NCBI GenBank assembly: GCA_048571215.1
Contig: CP182352.1
Span: 256,001-320,000 of the forward strand
DNA from: Halarcobacter sp.
GTDB lineage: Bacteria; Campylobacterota; Campylobacteria; Campylobacterales; Arcobacteraceae
Reading direction: 5' to 3'
Length of the DNA stretch: 64,000 bases
Part shown: piece by piece, positions 33,345 through 43,139 of the stretch
Layout: every line of letters begins with the position of its first letter
How positions within the stretch are numbered: the stretch's first letter is position 1
Translations under genes and position numbers: made by a program
The notes under the pieces: generated by a model
Told to the model about the DNA's origin: nothing
Databases searched by the model: none
Seen by the model: only the letters and a program-made list of their open reading frames with translations

Positions 33345-34229
33345 ATGGTAACATTTTCTGAAATTCTATTAAAATTACAACAGTTTTGGTCAAATCAAGG
33401 GTGTAATATCGTACAACCTTATGATATACCAGCGGGTGCTGGTACTTTTCACCCTGCAACTATACTTAGAAGTTTAGATTCAACCCCTTGGTCTACAGCT
33501 TATGTGGCACCAAGTAGAAGACCAACAGACGGAAGGTATGGGGAAAATCCAAATAGACTTGGAGCGTATTATCAATTTCAAGCATTAATAAAACCAAGTC
33601 CAGATAATATTCAAGATTTATATCTACAATCTTTAGAATTTTTAGGACTTGATTTAAGTAAACATGATGTTAGATTTGTAGAAGATAACTGGGAGTCTCC
33701 AACTCTTGGAGCTTGGGGACTTGGATGGGAAGTTTGGCTTGATGGTATGGAAGTAACTCAGTTTACTTATTTCCAACAAGTTGGAGGTTTACCTTGTGAT
33801 CCAGTTGCTGTTGAGATTACATATGGTACTGAAAGACTTGCAATGTATCTACAAGGTGTAGATTCTGTATTTGATATTGTTTGGAATGAAAATATTCATG
33901 GAAAAACTACTTATGCAGATGTACACAAAGAGAGTGAATATCAATTTTCAACTTACAATTTTGAAGTTGCAAATACAGATATGCTTTTTAAACACTTTGA
34001 GGATGCTTTCAATGAGTGTAAAGTGTGCTTAGAAAAGGGTTTACCTCTTCCTGCATATGACCAATGTATGTTAGCTTCTCATACTTTTAATACCCTTGAT
34101 GCAAGAAAAGCTATCTCAGTAACCGAAAGACAAAATTATATCTTAAAGGTTAGAGAATTAGCCCAAGGGTGCGCTGTTTTATATAAAGAACAAGAGCAAG
34201 ATAGATTAAAAAGAATAGGAAGAGTTTAG
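33345..34229 (+). CDS. glyQ: Glycine-tRNA ligase alpha subunit
   Basis: [36 protein letters not shown]. Confidence 0.99.
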   Translation: MVTFSEILLKLQQFWSNQGCNIVQPYDIPAGAGTFHPATILRSLDSTPWSTAYVAPSRRPTDGRYGENPNRLGAYYQFQALIKPSPDNIQDLYLQSLEFLGLDLSKHDVRFVEDNWESPTLGAWGLGWEVWLDGMEVTQFTYFQQVGGLPCDPVAVEITYGTERLAMYLQGVDSVFDIVWNENIHGKTTYADVHKESEYQFSTYNFEVANTDMLFKHFEDAFNECKVCLEKGLPLPAYDQCMLASHTFNTLDARKAISVTERQNYILKVRELAQGCAVLYKEQEQDRLKRIGRV

Positions 34230-34231
34230 TT

Positions 34232-34987
34232 TTGAAACTAAAAGAGATTTATGATTTTTTAGATTCTGTATCACCCTTTGAATTACAAGAAAAATGGGAT
34301 AACTCAGGTCTTCTTGTAGGGAATTTTGAGGATGAGATAAAACAAGTTTATATCTCAATTGATTTAGATGAAGAGCTTTTGGAAAGTATTGAAGAGAACT
34401 CTTTGGTTATTACTCATCATCCTTTGATTTTTTCTGCATTAAAAAGAGTTAATTTTGATTCATATAGTACAAAGCTATTAAAAACTTTAATTCAAAAAAA
34501 TATTGCTCTTATTTCTATGCATACAAATATCGATGTAACACATTTAAATAAATATGTTGCCACAAATATTTTAGATTTGGATATGATAGAGGGTGAAGGG
34601 TATATTTGTTATGCAAATGTAAATGACACATTTGCAAATTTTGCAAATAAAATCTCTTCAAAATTAGGTTTAGAGTATTTGAAATATGTTAAATGCTCAG
34701 AAGAGGTAAAAAAAGTTGCCTTAGTTACTGGTGCAGGTATGTCAATGATTGATCAAGTTGAAGCTGATTGTTTTTTAACTGGGGATATCAAATACCATGA
34801 TGCAATGGAAGCTAAGTCAAGAGGTATTTCACTTATTGATATAAGACACTATGAAAGTGAAAAGCACTTTAGCCCCTTGTTAGAGGGACTTTTGTCTGAA
34901 TATTTGAAAAAAAATAAATTAAAAGCTATAATAACAGCTTCAAAAAATCCATTTAAGTTTTGTACACAAGGAGAAACGGTTGAATAA
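34232..34987 (+). CDS. Nif3-like dinuclear metal protein
   Basis: WDNSGL, ITHHP, HTN.D, TGD.KYH, HYESE. Confidence 0.93.
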   Translation: MKLKEIYDFLDSVSPFELQEKWDNSGLLVGNFEDEIKQVYISIDLDEELLESIEENSLVITHHPLIFSALKRVNFDSYSTKLLKTLIQKNIALISMHTNIDVTHLNKYVATNILDLDMIEGEGYICYANVNDTFANFANKISSKLGLEYLKYVKCSEEVKKVALVTGAGMSMIDQVEADCFLTGDIKYHDAMEAKSRGISLIDIRHYESEKHFSPLLEGLLSEYLKKNKLKAIITASKNPFKFCTQGETVE

Positions 34988-35699
34988 ATATTTACAAGAT
35001 TTAGTAAAGCTATCAAAGTTTGATGGTTCTATTAGTATGTTTGAACCAAAAATTGAGAATGAAAAGTCTAAGTTATCAACATTTGTAGAAGTTGCAGAGT
35101 CTATTAAGTCTCAAATCAATGCTACATATGCGCAAATTGATGATGTAAAATCAAAGAGAACTAAAAACAATATACATTTAGCAGAATTAAAAACTAAGCT
35201 AGAAGATATCTCTAAAAAGAGTAATCAAGTTCAAAATGAAAAAGAATTAAAAGCTTTACAACTTGAAGAGGAGATTGCAAAAGAGCAAATCTCATTTGCA
35301 AATGAAGAGATTATCAGACTTGATGAGGTTGCATCAGCAAAAGAGGAAGAGTTAAAAGAGTTACAAGCTAAATTAACTGAAGAAGAGGATTCAATCAAAG
35401 AGATTCAAGTTGCAGTTGATAATGCAATTGATGAGATTAATCAAGAAAGAAATGAAGTTTATCAAAAAAGAAGTGAACTATTAGAAAAATTTGATAATAA
35501 GATTTTAACATTTTATGAAAAAATTAGAAGATGGGCAAAAGATTCAGCTGTTGTTCCAGTAAAAGATCAAGCATGTTATGGATGTTTTATGAAAATCAAT
35601 GACAAAACTTATGCTGAGGTTATTAAATCAGAAGAGATTATTAATTGTCCTCATTGTGGAAGAATTTTATATAAAGAAGAAGAGACTGAAGAGGCTTAA
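34980..35699 (+). CDS. Coiled-coil C4 zinc-ribbon protein (HP0958/CT398-like)
   Basis: Long coiled coil, CYGC...CPHCGRILY; lies between Nif3 and waaA. Confidence 0.88.
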   Translation: MNKYLQDLVKLSKFDGSISMFEPKIENEKSKLSTFVEVAESIKSQINATYAQIDDVKSKRTKNNIHLAELKTKLEDISKKSNQVQNEKELKALQLEEEIAKEQISFANEEIIRLDEVASAKEEELKELQAKLTEEEDSIKEIQVAVDNAIDEINQERNEVYQKRSELLEKFDNKILTFYEKIRRWAKDSAVVPVKDQACYGCFMKINDKTYAEVIKSEEIINCPHCGRILYKEEETEEA

Positions 35700-35701
35700 G
35701 A

Positions 35702-36844
35702 TTGAGCCTTTTTAGTATCTTTTATTATATACTAGCTCTTTTAGTATATATATTAGCAACTCCTTATTTACTTTTCAAATCTAGAAAACCAAAATACAAA
35801 GTAGCAATCCCCTCAAAATTTTTTTTAAAAAACAATCCAAGTTTTAAAGAAGAAAAAATTTGGTTTCATACTTGTTCTATGGGTGAAACTAAAGCTATAA
35901 AACCTTTAGTAGATTCTATAAAAGATGTAAATATATCTGTGATAACAAATACAGGTTATGAAGAGGCTAAAAAGTTAAGTAGTAGTGTTAGATATTTGCC
36001 TTTTGAGATTTTTTTACCTTTTTGGATAAAAAAACAAAAAGCTTTAGTGGTTATGGAAGCAGAACTTTGGTATATGCTTTTTTTAAGTGCTAAACAAAAA
36101 GGTTGTAAAACCTATTTGATAAATGCAAGAATATCTGATAAGTCTTATAACTCTTATAAAAAGTTCTCTTTTTTTTATAAAAGAGTTTTTGCAAATATTG
36201 ATAAAATATTTGCTCAAAGTGAACTTGATAAAAAAAGATTAGAAGAGTTAGGTGGAAAAAATATTGAGGTTATTGGAAATATAAAGTTAGCTCAAGTTCC
36301 AAAGCTTACAAAAAAACTTCTAAAACCTGAAGAGATATTAATTACAGCTGGAAGTACACATGAAAATGAGGAAGAACTTGTACTAAATGCCTATGATAGA
36401 AAATATGGTAAGTTGGTAATAGTACCAAGACATCCTGAAAGATTTGAAAAAGTTGACAGTTTGATAAAAGCTTATATATCAAAAAACAATCTATCTTATC
36501 ATAGATTTTCTCAAAATGAAAATTTTGATTCAGATATTGTGCTAGTGGATGTTCTTGGGGAGTTAAATAATATTTATGCTATTTCAGATGTTGTTATATT
36601 AGGTGGAGCCTTTGAAAAAATAGGTGGACATAATCCAATAGAACCTGCATATTTTAGCTGTAAGTTGATAAGTGGTAAAAATATTTTTAATCAATACTCA
36701 CTATTTGAATGTGTTAAAAATTACAGTATAATTGAAAATGATCAATTAAAAGAAAAGTTAGAGAACTTAGAAAGTTTAGAAAATTCAAGCCTTGGAAAGC
36801 AAGGTGATATAGAACCTATTATAAAGGAATTAAATGCCATTTGA
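35702..36844 (+). CDS. waaA: Kdo transferase
   Basis: WFH.CS.GE, EAELW, INARIS, GSTH, VPRHPERF, GGHNPIEP. Confidence 0.95.
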   Translation: MSLFSIFYYILALLVYILATPYLLFKSRKPKYKVAIPSKFFLKNNPSFKEEKIWFHTCSMGETKAIKPLVDSIKDVNISVITNTGYEEAKKLSSSVRYLPFEIFLPFWIKKQKALVVMEAELWYMLFLSAKQKGCKTYLINARISDKSYNSYKKFSFFYKRVFANIDKIFAQSELDKKRLEELGGKNIEVIGNIKLAQVPKLTKKLLKPEEILITAGSTHENEEELVLNAYDRKYGKLVIVPRHPERFEKVDSLIKAYISKNNLSYHRFSQNENFDSDIVLVDVLGELNNIYAISDVVILGGAFEKIGGHNPIEPAYFSCKLISGKNIFNQYSLFECVKNYSIIENDQLKEKLENLESLENSSLGKQGDIEPIIKELNAI

Positions 36845-37583
36845 TAAAGCATATAAAGTTTTAGCAAAACAAGAGAATATCTCAAATTCAAAAGCTAAAG
36901 AGTTAATAGATAAGGGGCTTGTAAAAGTAGCTGGTAAAAAGGTGCTTATTGCAAGGGGTGAAATAGATGTAGATACAAAGTTTACAGTAAAAGAGATTGC
37001 AAATATTAAAGTTATATTTCAAGATGATGATATTTTAGCTTTAGATAAACCAGCATTTATGACAAGTGATGAGATTGCAAAAAAATACCCAAATGCAATA
37101 ATGTTAAACAGACTTGATAAAGAAACAAGTGGAGTGATGCTTTTTGCAAAAAATGATGAGTTTAGAAAAAAAGCAATTGCAGAGTTTAAAGCAAATAGGG
37201 TGTATAAAGAGTATGTAGCTATTGTTGATGGAAAAGTGATTGAAGAGATAGAGATAGATAAACCAATTATGACTACAAAAGATAGGGGAATGGCTAGGTC
37301 TAAAGTTGATATGAAAAAGGGAAAACCAGCTAAATCAACTGTTTATCCAATGTTTGTAGAGGGTAATAAATCTAAAGTAAAAATTGTGATTGATACAGGA
37401 AGAACTCATCAGATTAGAGTACATCTAAACCATGTTGGTTTACCTATAATTGGAGATGCAATTTATGGAAAACCAGCTTCAAATATAAATCGTGTTTTAT
37501 TACACTCTAAAAAGACTAAAATTTTTGATTATAATTTTGAAGCAAAAGAACCAAGAGAGTTCAAAGTGTATGAGTTTAATTAA
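36834..37583 (+). CDS. RluA-family pseudouridine synthase
   Basis: S4-like N-terminus, RLDKETSG, TGRTHQIRVH, PIIGD..Y. Confidence 0.92.
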   Translation: MPFDKAYKVLAKQENISNSKAKELIDKGLVKVAGKKVLIARGEIDVDTKFTVKEIANIKVIFQDDDILALDKPAFMTSDEIAKKYPNAIMLNRLDKETSGVMLFAKNDEFRKKAIAEFKANRVYKEYVAIVDGKVIEEIEIDKPIMTTKDRGMARSKVDMKKGKPAKSTVYPMFVEGNKSKVKIVIDTGRTHQIRVHLNHVGLPIIGDAIYGKPASNINRVLLHSKKTKIFDYNFEAKEPREFKVYEFN

Positions 37584-37604
37584 AAATTAAGATTTTTAAA
37601 GTTT

Positions 37605-37629
37605 AAAAATCCCATAAAATGGGATTTTT
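37605..37629 (+). terminator. Intrinsic terminator
   Basis: aaaaatcccat-aaa-atgggattttt. Confidence 0.75.
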
Positions 37630-37733
37630 ATAAAAACAATATATTAAAGTAAACTTAAAATAATACCACTTTAATCTTACTTAAAGTAATAAAATAGTAA
37701 AATCCCCAAATTTTAAAATAATGGAGTATAGTT

Positions 37734-39092
37734 TTGTTTGATTCAATAACCGGTTCAATTGTAAATGCAGTAAATAAAATTAGACATAAAGATGATATTG
37801 CCTCACTAAGTAGAGCACTATCAGAATTGAAAAAATCATTATTAAAAGCTGATGTACACCATAAAACAACAAAAGAGTTAGTTTCAGCTATTGAATTAGA
37901 AACAAAAAGGAATGGAATTGGACAAGATTCATTTCTAAAAGCTTTAAAAAGTGAATTAACAAATATTTTAACAACAGAGGGAAAACAAGGTTTTGTTTTT
38001 TCTGCTACTCCTCCTACAACTATTTTAATGACAGGACTTCAAGGTTCTGGTAAAACAACAACAACAGGTAAGTTAGCAAATTATCTAAAACTTAGAAAAA
38101 AGAAAGTTTTAGTTGCAGCTGCCGATTTACAAAGATTAGCAGCAGTTGAGCAATTAAAACAAATTGCAGCTCAAATTGAAGTTGATATATATTTTGATGA
38201 TAATGAAAAAGATCCAATTAAAATTGCACTTGCAGCTCAAGAGAAAGCTAAAAAAGAGCTATATGATGTGTTATTAATAGATACAGCTGGGCGACTTGCA
38301 ATTGATGAAGAGTTGATGAAACAACTTGATAATGTCAAAAAATCTGTAAGTCCTGATGAGATTTTTTATGTGGCTGATTCTTTAACAGGACATGATGCAA
38401 CAAAAACAGCAACTACATTTAAAGAAAAAATTGGTATCGATGGAGTTATTCTATCTAAATATGATGGTGACACAAAAGGTGGAGTTGCAATATCTATAGC
38501 TCATCAAGTTGGTGTTCCATTAAGATTTATTGGTACTGGTGAAAAGATGCCAGATTTGGAAGTATTTATTCCAGATAGAATTGTATCTAGACTTATGGGT
38601 GCTGGGGATATTGAGGGACTTGCTGAAAAAACTTCTGCTATTATAGATGAAAAGAAAGCAAAAGCAGTTACTAAAAAAATCAAAAAGGGTGAGTTTAACT
38701 TTAATGACTTTTTAGATCAACTCTCTATGATGAGTAAGCTTGGTTCTATGAAATCTATTATTGGAATGATACCAGGTCTTTCACAAATGGCAGGACCTAT
38801 AAAAGATATGGATTTTGAAAACTCTGATGAGATAAAAAGAATCAAAGCACTTATTAGCTCTATGACTCCAAAAGAGAGAGAACAACCAAGTTTATTAAAT
38901 CCTAGTAGAAAGAAAAGACTTTCAAAGGGATCTGGATTATCAGAGATGCAAGTAAATAAAATACTTAAACAGTTTAAAAATGCCTCAAAAATGGCAAAAA
39001 AACTTTCGAGTAAAGGTGGGATGAAAGGTTTACAAAACATGATGTCTCAAATGCAAGGTGGTGGAGGGATGCCACCAAACCTACCAAGATAG
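37734..39092 (+). CDS. ffh: Signal recognition particle protein
   Basis: GLQGSGKTTT, DTAGR, Met-rich M domain. Confidence 0.98.
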   Translation: MFDSITGSIVNAVNKIRHKDDIASLSRALSELKKSLLKADVHHKTTKELVSAIELETKRNGIGQDSFLKALKSELTNILTTEGKQGFVFSATPPTTILMTGLQGSGKTTTTGKLANYLKLRKKKVLVAAADLQRLAAVEQLKQIAAQIEVDIYFDDNEKDPIKIALAAQEKAKKELYDVLLIDTAGRLAIDEELMKQLDNVKKSVSPDEIFYVADSLTGHDATKTATTFKEKIGIDGVILSKYDGDTKGGVAISIAHQVGVPLRFIGTGEKMPDLEVFIPDRIVSRLMGAGDIEGLAEKTSAIIDEKKAKAVTKKIKKGEFNFNDFLDQLSMMSKLGSMKSIIGMIPGLSQMAGPIKDMDFENSDEIKRIKALISSMTPKEREQPSLLNPSRKKRLSKGSGLSEMQVNKILKQFKNASKMAKKLSSKGGMKGLQNMMSQMQGGGGMPPNLPR

Positions 39093-39188
39093 AAACAACA
39101 ATTAGTATTGAGTTGTAAACTTGACTTTTATAAAAGGTTTGAGTTTAGAATTCAATACTAAAAATTAAAAATTTAAAAGGAAAAAAGT

Positions 39189-39419
39189 ATGACAGTGATT
39201 AGATTAACAAGAATGGGTAGAAATAAAAAACCATTTTATAGAATCGTAGTAACAGATTCAAGAAAAAGAAGAGATTCAGGTTGGATTGAATCAATTGGAT
39301 ATTATAATCCAGTTGCAGAGCCAAAAGTATTAAAATTAGATGAAGAGAGATATAACTATTGGTTAGGTGTTGGTGCTAAACCATCAGAAAAAGTTAAGAA
39401 ATTAGCATCTCAAAAGTAA
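39189..39419 (+). CDS. rpsP: 30S ribosomal protein S16
   Basis: [21 protein letters not shown]. Confidence 0.98.
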   Translation: MTVIRLTRMGRNKKPFYRIVVTDSRKRRDSGWIESIGYYNPVAEPKVLKLDEERYNYWLGVGAKPSEKVKKLASQK

Positions 39420-39439
39420 TTTTACTGTAGAATAACAAC

Positions 39440-39679
39440 ATGATTACAAATTTTATAGAAAGTTATGCAAAACTTATAGTAAGTAAACCCCAAGAGGTTT
39501 CTATATCAACAAAGAGTATTGATGATACTTTTACTGAGATAACAATAAAAGCAAATAGTGCAGATATTGGAAAACTTATCGGTAAAAATGGAAATATGAT
39601 AAATGCTTTAAAAACTATGGCAAATGGTTGTAAAGCAAAAGATGGTGTATCTTATAAAATTCAAGTTCTTGCAAATTAA
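39440..39679 (+). CDS. khpA: KH-domain RNA-binding protein
   Basis: DIGKLIGKNG; lies between rpsP and rimM. Confidence 0.88.
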   Translation: MITNFIESYAKLIVSKPQEVSISTKSIDDTFTEITIKANSADIGKLIGKNGNMINALKTMANGCKAKDGVSYKIQVLAN

Positions 39680-39687
39680 CTTATATT

Positions 39688-40218
39688 ATGAAAGATAAAA
39701 TTTATGTTGCCAAGCTTGGAAAAACTGTAGGTTTAAAAGGGGATTTAAAACTCTTTATAGACTCAGATTTTCCTGAGCAATTTAAAAAAAATGCCTTATT
39801 TACTACAAATAAAAACCTTCAATTAAAAGTATTAGAATACAATCCAAATAAAGAAACAATCAAGTTTGAAACTTATGAGGATGTTGATTTAGCTAAAAAA
39901 TTAACAAATCAAGAGTTATATGTATCAATTGAAGATACAAAAAATAACTGTAATCTAGAAGATGATGAATATTTTTGGTTTGATATTATTGGATGTACAG
40001 TAATTGAAAATGATTTGGTTCTAGGAGTAGTAAAAGATATCCACAGATACCCTTTAGATGACTATTTAGAGGTAATAACTTCAAAAGAATTGGTAGAAAA
40101 AGAACTACCAAAAACTTTTTTAATCCCTTATAAAAAAGATAAATACATAATAAATGTAGAAATAAATAATAAAACTATACAAACAAAAAATAGTTTCGAA
40201 ATATTGGAAAACTCTTAA
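39688..40218 (+). CDS. rimM: Ribosome maturation factor RimM
   Basis: GK.VGLKG, EYFWFDIIG, FLIPY. Confidence 0.93.
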   Translation: MKDKIYVAKLGKTVGLKGDLKLFIDSDFPEQFKKNALFTTNKNLQLKVLEYNPNKETIKFETYEDVDLAKKLTNQELYVSIEDTKNNCNLEDDEYFWFDIIGCTVIENDLVLGVVKDIHRYPLDDYLEVITSKELVEKELPKTFLIPYKKDKYIINVEINNKTIQTKNSFEILENS

Positions 40219-40275
40219 GTATTAGTATAGTTTCTTTGAACTATTTTTTAGATTTTTACTAATGAAAGATGCAAA

Positions 40276-41352
40276 CTAATATTTACATCTTTTTTCATAC
40301 TCTTCATTAGTTAAATCAGATAGATAAGCTTGTTTATAACCGTTATTCATTAGCTCATCATAAACTTTTTTTCTCTCACCATCCGTACCATATGGTCCAA
40401 AGTAGATTACAATTCTGTTTTTAGGATCTCTACATAAAGAGACATTTTTTTCAAAAGTTAGCAATTTATCTAAATAAGATTTTAAAAGTTCACCTTTTAT
40501 TGTTGCAACATTAATAAATGACAAAAATTGATTTGAACTTTGCATCACTTCATTATTGGTTTGTTCTTGAGGTATATTAGCTTCTTGGTTATTAACTACT
40601 TTGCCACTAGGGGTGTTTTCCATACTCTTTTTAGTATCTAATTCTTGTAAAAGTTCAGTTTTTTTTATCTCTAACTCATCTTTTAATTGTTTTTGTAAAG
40701 CAAGGAATTTCTCTTGTTCCTCTTTTATTTGTTTTTGTTGTTCAGATAATAGTTTTTTCTCTTCATCAATTTTTGCATATTGAGCATCTATCTCTTCTTG
40801 CATTTTTTTCTTTTTATCTTCTTGGGCTTTTTTTTCTGCTGCTATTCTTTTCTCTTCTTCCTCTTTTATTCTTTTTTCTTCTGCTTCAAGTTCATGTTTA
40901 TTCATAATCTCATGTTTTGTAAGGGTAGTTAGTTTTTTATTCAATTTTTTTTCATCTAATTCATTAATATTGATATCTATTTGATTTTTTCTTTGTTCAT
41001 TTGCAGAAGCTTGTGTTTTTGTAATCTCTTTTGGATCTTCATCGGGAGTAAAAAAACCTAAAAAGTATAACATTAAACCAATAGCTAGTAAGGAGAATAA
41101 TATAGCTATAACTGTAATCATTATTCTAAGAATTTTAGGTTGTCGTTTTTGAATCTTTTTATTTACTTTTTCATCACCTGTAGTATTTTCTTCTTGTTGG
41201 GGTAATTCAATCTCTTCAAGAATAGGTTCTTGGGTGTTTTCTTCTACTTTTTCTTGATTCTCTTCCTCTACATTTGTAGTACCATCAACACTTTGTTTGT
41301 CATTATCCAAACCAACTTCTTTGATTATATCTTCATCACTTTTCTCTGCCAT
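40276..41352 (-). CDS. Membrane-anchored coiled-coil protein with possible C-terminal SPOR-like domain
   Basis: Acidic N-terminus, one TM helix, long E/K coiled coil, IVIYFGPY motif. Confidence 0.6.
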   Translation of the reverse strand: MAEKSDEDIIKEVGLDNDKQSVDGTTNVEEENQEKVEENTQEPILEEIELPQQEENTTGDEKVNKKIQKRQPKILRIMITVIAILFSLLAIGLMLYFLGFFTPDEDPKEITKTQASANEQRKNQIDININELDEKKLNKKLTTLTKHEIMNKHELEAEEKRIKEEEEKRIAAEKKAQEDKKKKMQEEIDAQYAKIDEEKKLLSEQQKQIKEEQEKFLALQKQLKDELEIKKTELLQELDTKKSMENTPSGKVVNNQEANIPQEQTNNEVMQSSNQFLSFINVATIKGELLKSYLDKLLTFEKNVSLCRDPKNRIVIYFGPYGTDGERKKVYDELMNNGYKQAYLSDLTNEEYEKRCKY

Positions 41353-41354
41353 GG

Positions 41355-41780
41355 TTACTCTTTATTTGATTTTCTTTTTTCTTTTTGTTTTTTTAAAATA
41401 TGCTCTTTATTTTTTCTATAGTACTCTTTTCTGTACTCTTTTAGTTCTTCTTTTCTTTTTTCTCTATACTCTTTATCATAAGCCAATCTTTTTTCTCTAT
41501 TTTTTTGATAATAAGATTGTTTTTTCTCTCTATATTCATTGATTTTTTGGATAATTTGATCTTTTCTATCATCAATGAATTCTTTTTGTTTCTTTGCAAT
41601 AATTTTTATATTTTTTGCAAAATTATCACTATCCAACTCTTTTGCATAGTCAATCTCTTTGTAGTTTTTGTATTTAGAACTTGACTCTTTTTCTTTACTT
41701 TTTAAGTAATATTCTCGTTTTTTCTTTTTATGTTTTTTAAAGTTCTCTTCACGTAACTTTTTAAGTTCTTCTAGATTCAT
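41355..41780 (-). CDS. Highly charged K/E/R/Y-rich hypothetical protein
   Basis: 141-aa ORF tightly packed between flgG and the next gene. Confidence 0.65.
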   Translation of the reverse strand: MNLEELKKLREENFKKHKKKKREYYLKSKEKESSSKYKNYKEIDYAKELDSDNFAKNIKIIAKKQKEFIDDRKDQIIQKINEYREKKQSYYQKNREKRLAYDKEYREKRKEELKEYRKEYYRKNKEHILKKQKEKRKSNKE

Positions 41781-41791
41781 AAAAGTATCAA

Positions 41792-42580
41792 TTAAGTTTT
41801 TAACCTATTTACTATTTGTAACATTGAATCGGAGGTTGTTATTGCTTTAGAATTTGCTTCATAAGCTCTTTGTGCAGTAATTAAATTAACCATTTCATCA
41901 ACAAGTTTTACATTAGAAAGTTCAATCATTCCTTGTCTTAAACTACCAAATTGTTCACTATCAGGATTACCAACTAATGGGTCACCTGAAGCTTCACTCG
42001 CTGAATATAGTGAATCACCAAGTGGAGTAAGCCCAGATGGGTTTATAAAGTCTGCAATTTGAATTTGACCTAAATTAACTTCAGTATTTGTTGTAGGATT
42101 AGTAGCTGTTACAGTTCCATCTAAAGCAATAGTCACATCTTTTACATTATCTGGAATTGTAATTTGAGGTTCCAATAAATAACCTTGTGCATTTACAATA
42201 TTACCTTCATTATCTAATTTAAAGCCACCATTTCTTGTATACGCTAATTCCCCATCTGGTTTAGTTATTTGAAAAAAACCATTACCCTCAATGGCAATAT
42301 CAAGTGTATTACTAGTAAGTTTTAAGTCACCTTCTAAAAAGTTTTTTTGTACACCAGAAACTTTTACCCCTAGTCCCACATCAATCCCTGTAGGATTAAC
42401 TGAAGTTTGTGAGGTTCTTCCAGCAGTAAAATTTAAAGATTCATACATCAAATCTTGGAACTCTGCTCTATCTTTTTTAAAACCTAGTGTATTAACGTTT
42501 GCAATATTATTTGATATAACATCAATTTGGTGTTGCATAGAATGCATACCAGTTGCAGCTGTATAAAGCCCTCTAATCAT
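41792..42580 (-). CDS. flgG: Flagellar distal rod protein
   Basis: ISNNIANVNT.GFK..R.EFQDL.Y, ELSNV..V.EMV.LITAQRAYE.NSK. Confidence 0.95.
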   Translation of the reverse strand: MIRGLYTAATGMHSMQHQIDVISNNIANVNTLGFKKDRAEFQDLMYESLNFTAGRTSQTSVNPTGIDVGLGVKVSGVQKNFLEGDLKLTSNTLDIAIEGNGFFQITKPDGELAYTRNGGFKLDNEGNIVNAQGYLLEPQITIPDNVKDVTIALDGTVTATNPTTNTEVNLGQIQIADFINPSGLTPLGDSLYSASEASGDPLVGNPDSEQFGSLRQGMIELSNVKLVDEMVNLITAQRAYEANSKAITTSDSMLQIVNRLKT

Positions 42581-42740
42581 AGTTTTATCCTCTGCTTTTT
42601 ATTTATTCCTAGATTATATTTAAAGATATTTTAAAGTTTCATAAATTCAATTAGATTATTTTATTAATATTAAGTATATATTTAAAACAAATTCTATATA
42701 ATAGAAAGATTTTGAATGAAGTTTTTATAAAGGGAACATA

Positions 42741-43109
42741 ATGAGAATATTAATAGTTGATGACAGCTCAACAATGAGAAGAATTATTGGTAATGTTGTT
42801 ATGCAATTAGGATTTTCTAAAGAGGATTTTGATGAAGCAGAAGATGGCGTTAAGGCATGGAAACAATTAGAAGATAAGCAATACGATATTGTTTTGACAG
42901 ATTGGAATATGCCTAATATGAATGGTTTGGATTTAGTTAAGAAAATTAGATCAGAAGGAAATCATAGAAAAATTCCTATTATCATGATTACTACTGAAGG
43001 TGGTAAAGGTGAGGTGATAACGGCATTGAAAGCTGGTGTTAACAACTATATTGTTAAACCATTTAATGCGCAGGTTTTAAAAGAGAAACTTGATGGGGTT
43101 TTAAAATAG
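42741..43109 (+). CDS. cheY: Chemotaxis response regulator
   Basis: Single REC domain: VDDS, DWNMPNMNG, YIVKPF. Confidence 0.93.
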   Translation: MRILIVDDSSTMRRIIGNVVMQLGFSKEDFDEAEDGVKAWKQLEDKQYDIVLTDWNMPNMNGLDLVKKIRSEGNHRKIPIIMITTEGGKGEVITALKAGVNNYIVKPFNAQVLKEKLDGVLK

Positions 43110-43139
43110 TAGGGTTTATTTGATAACAAAGGTTTAATT

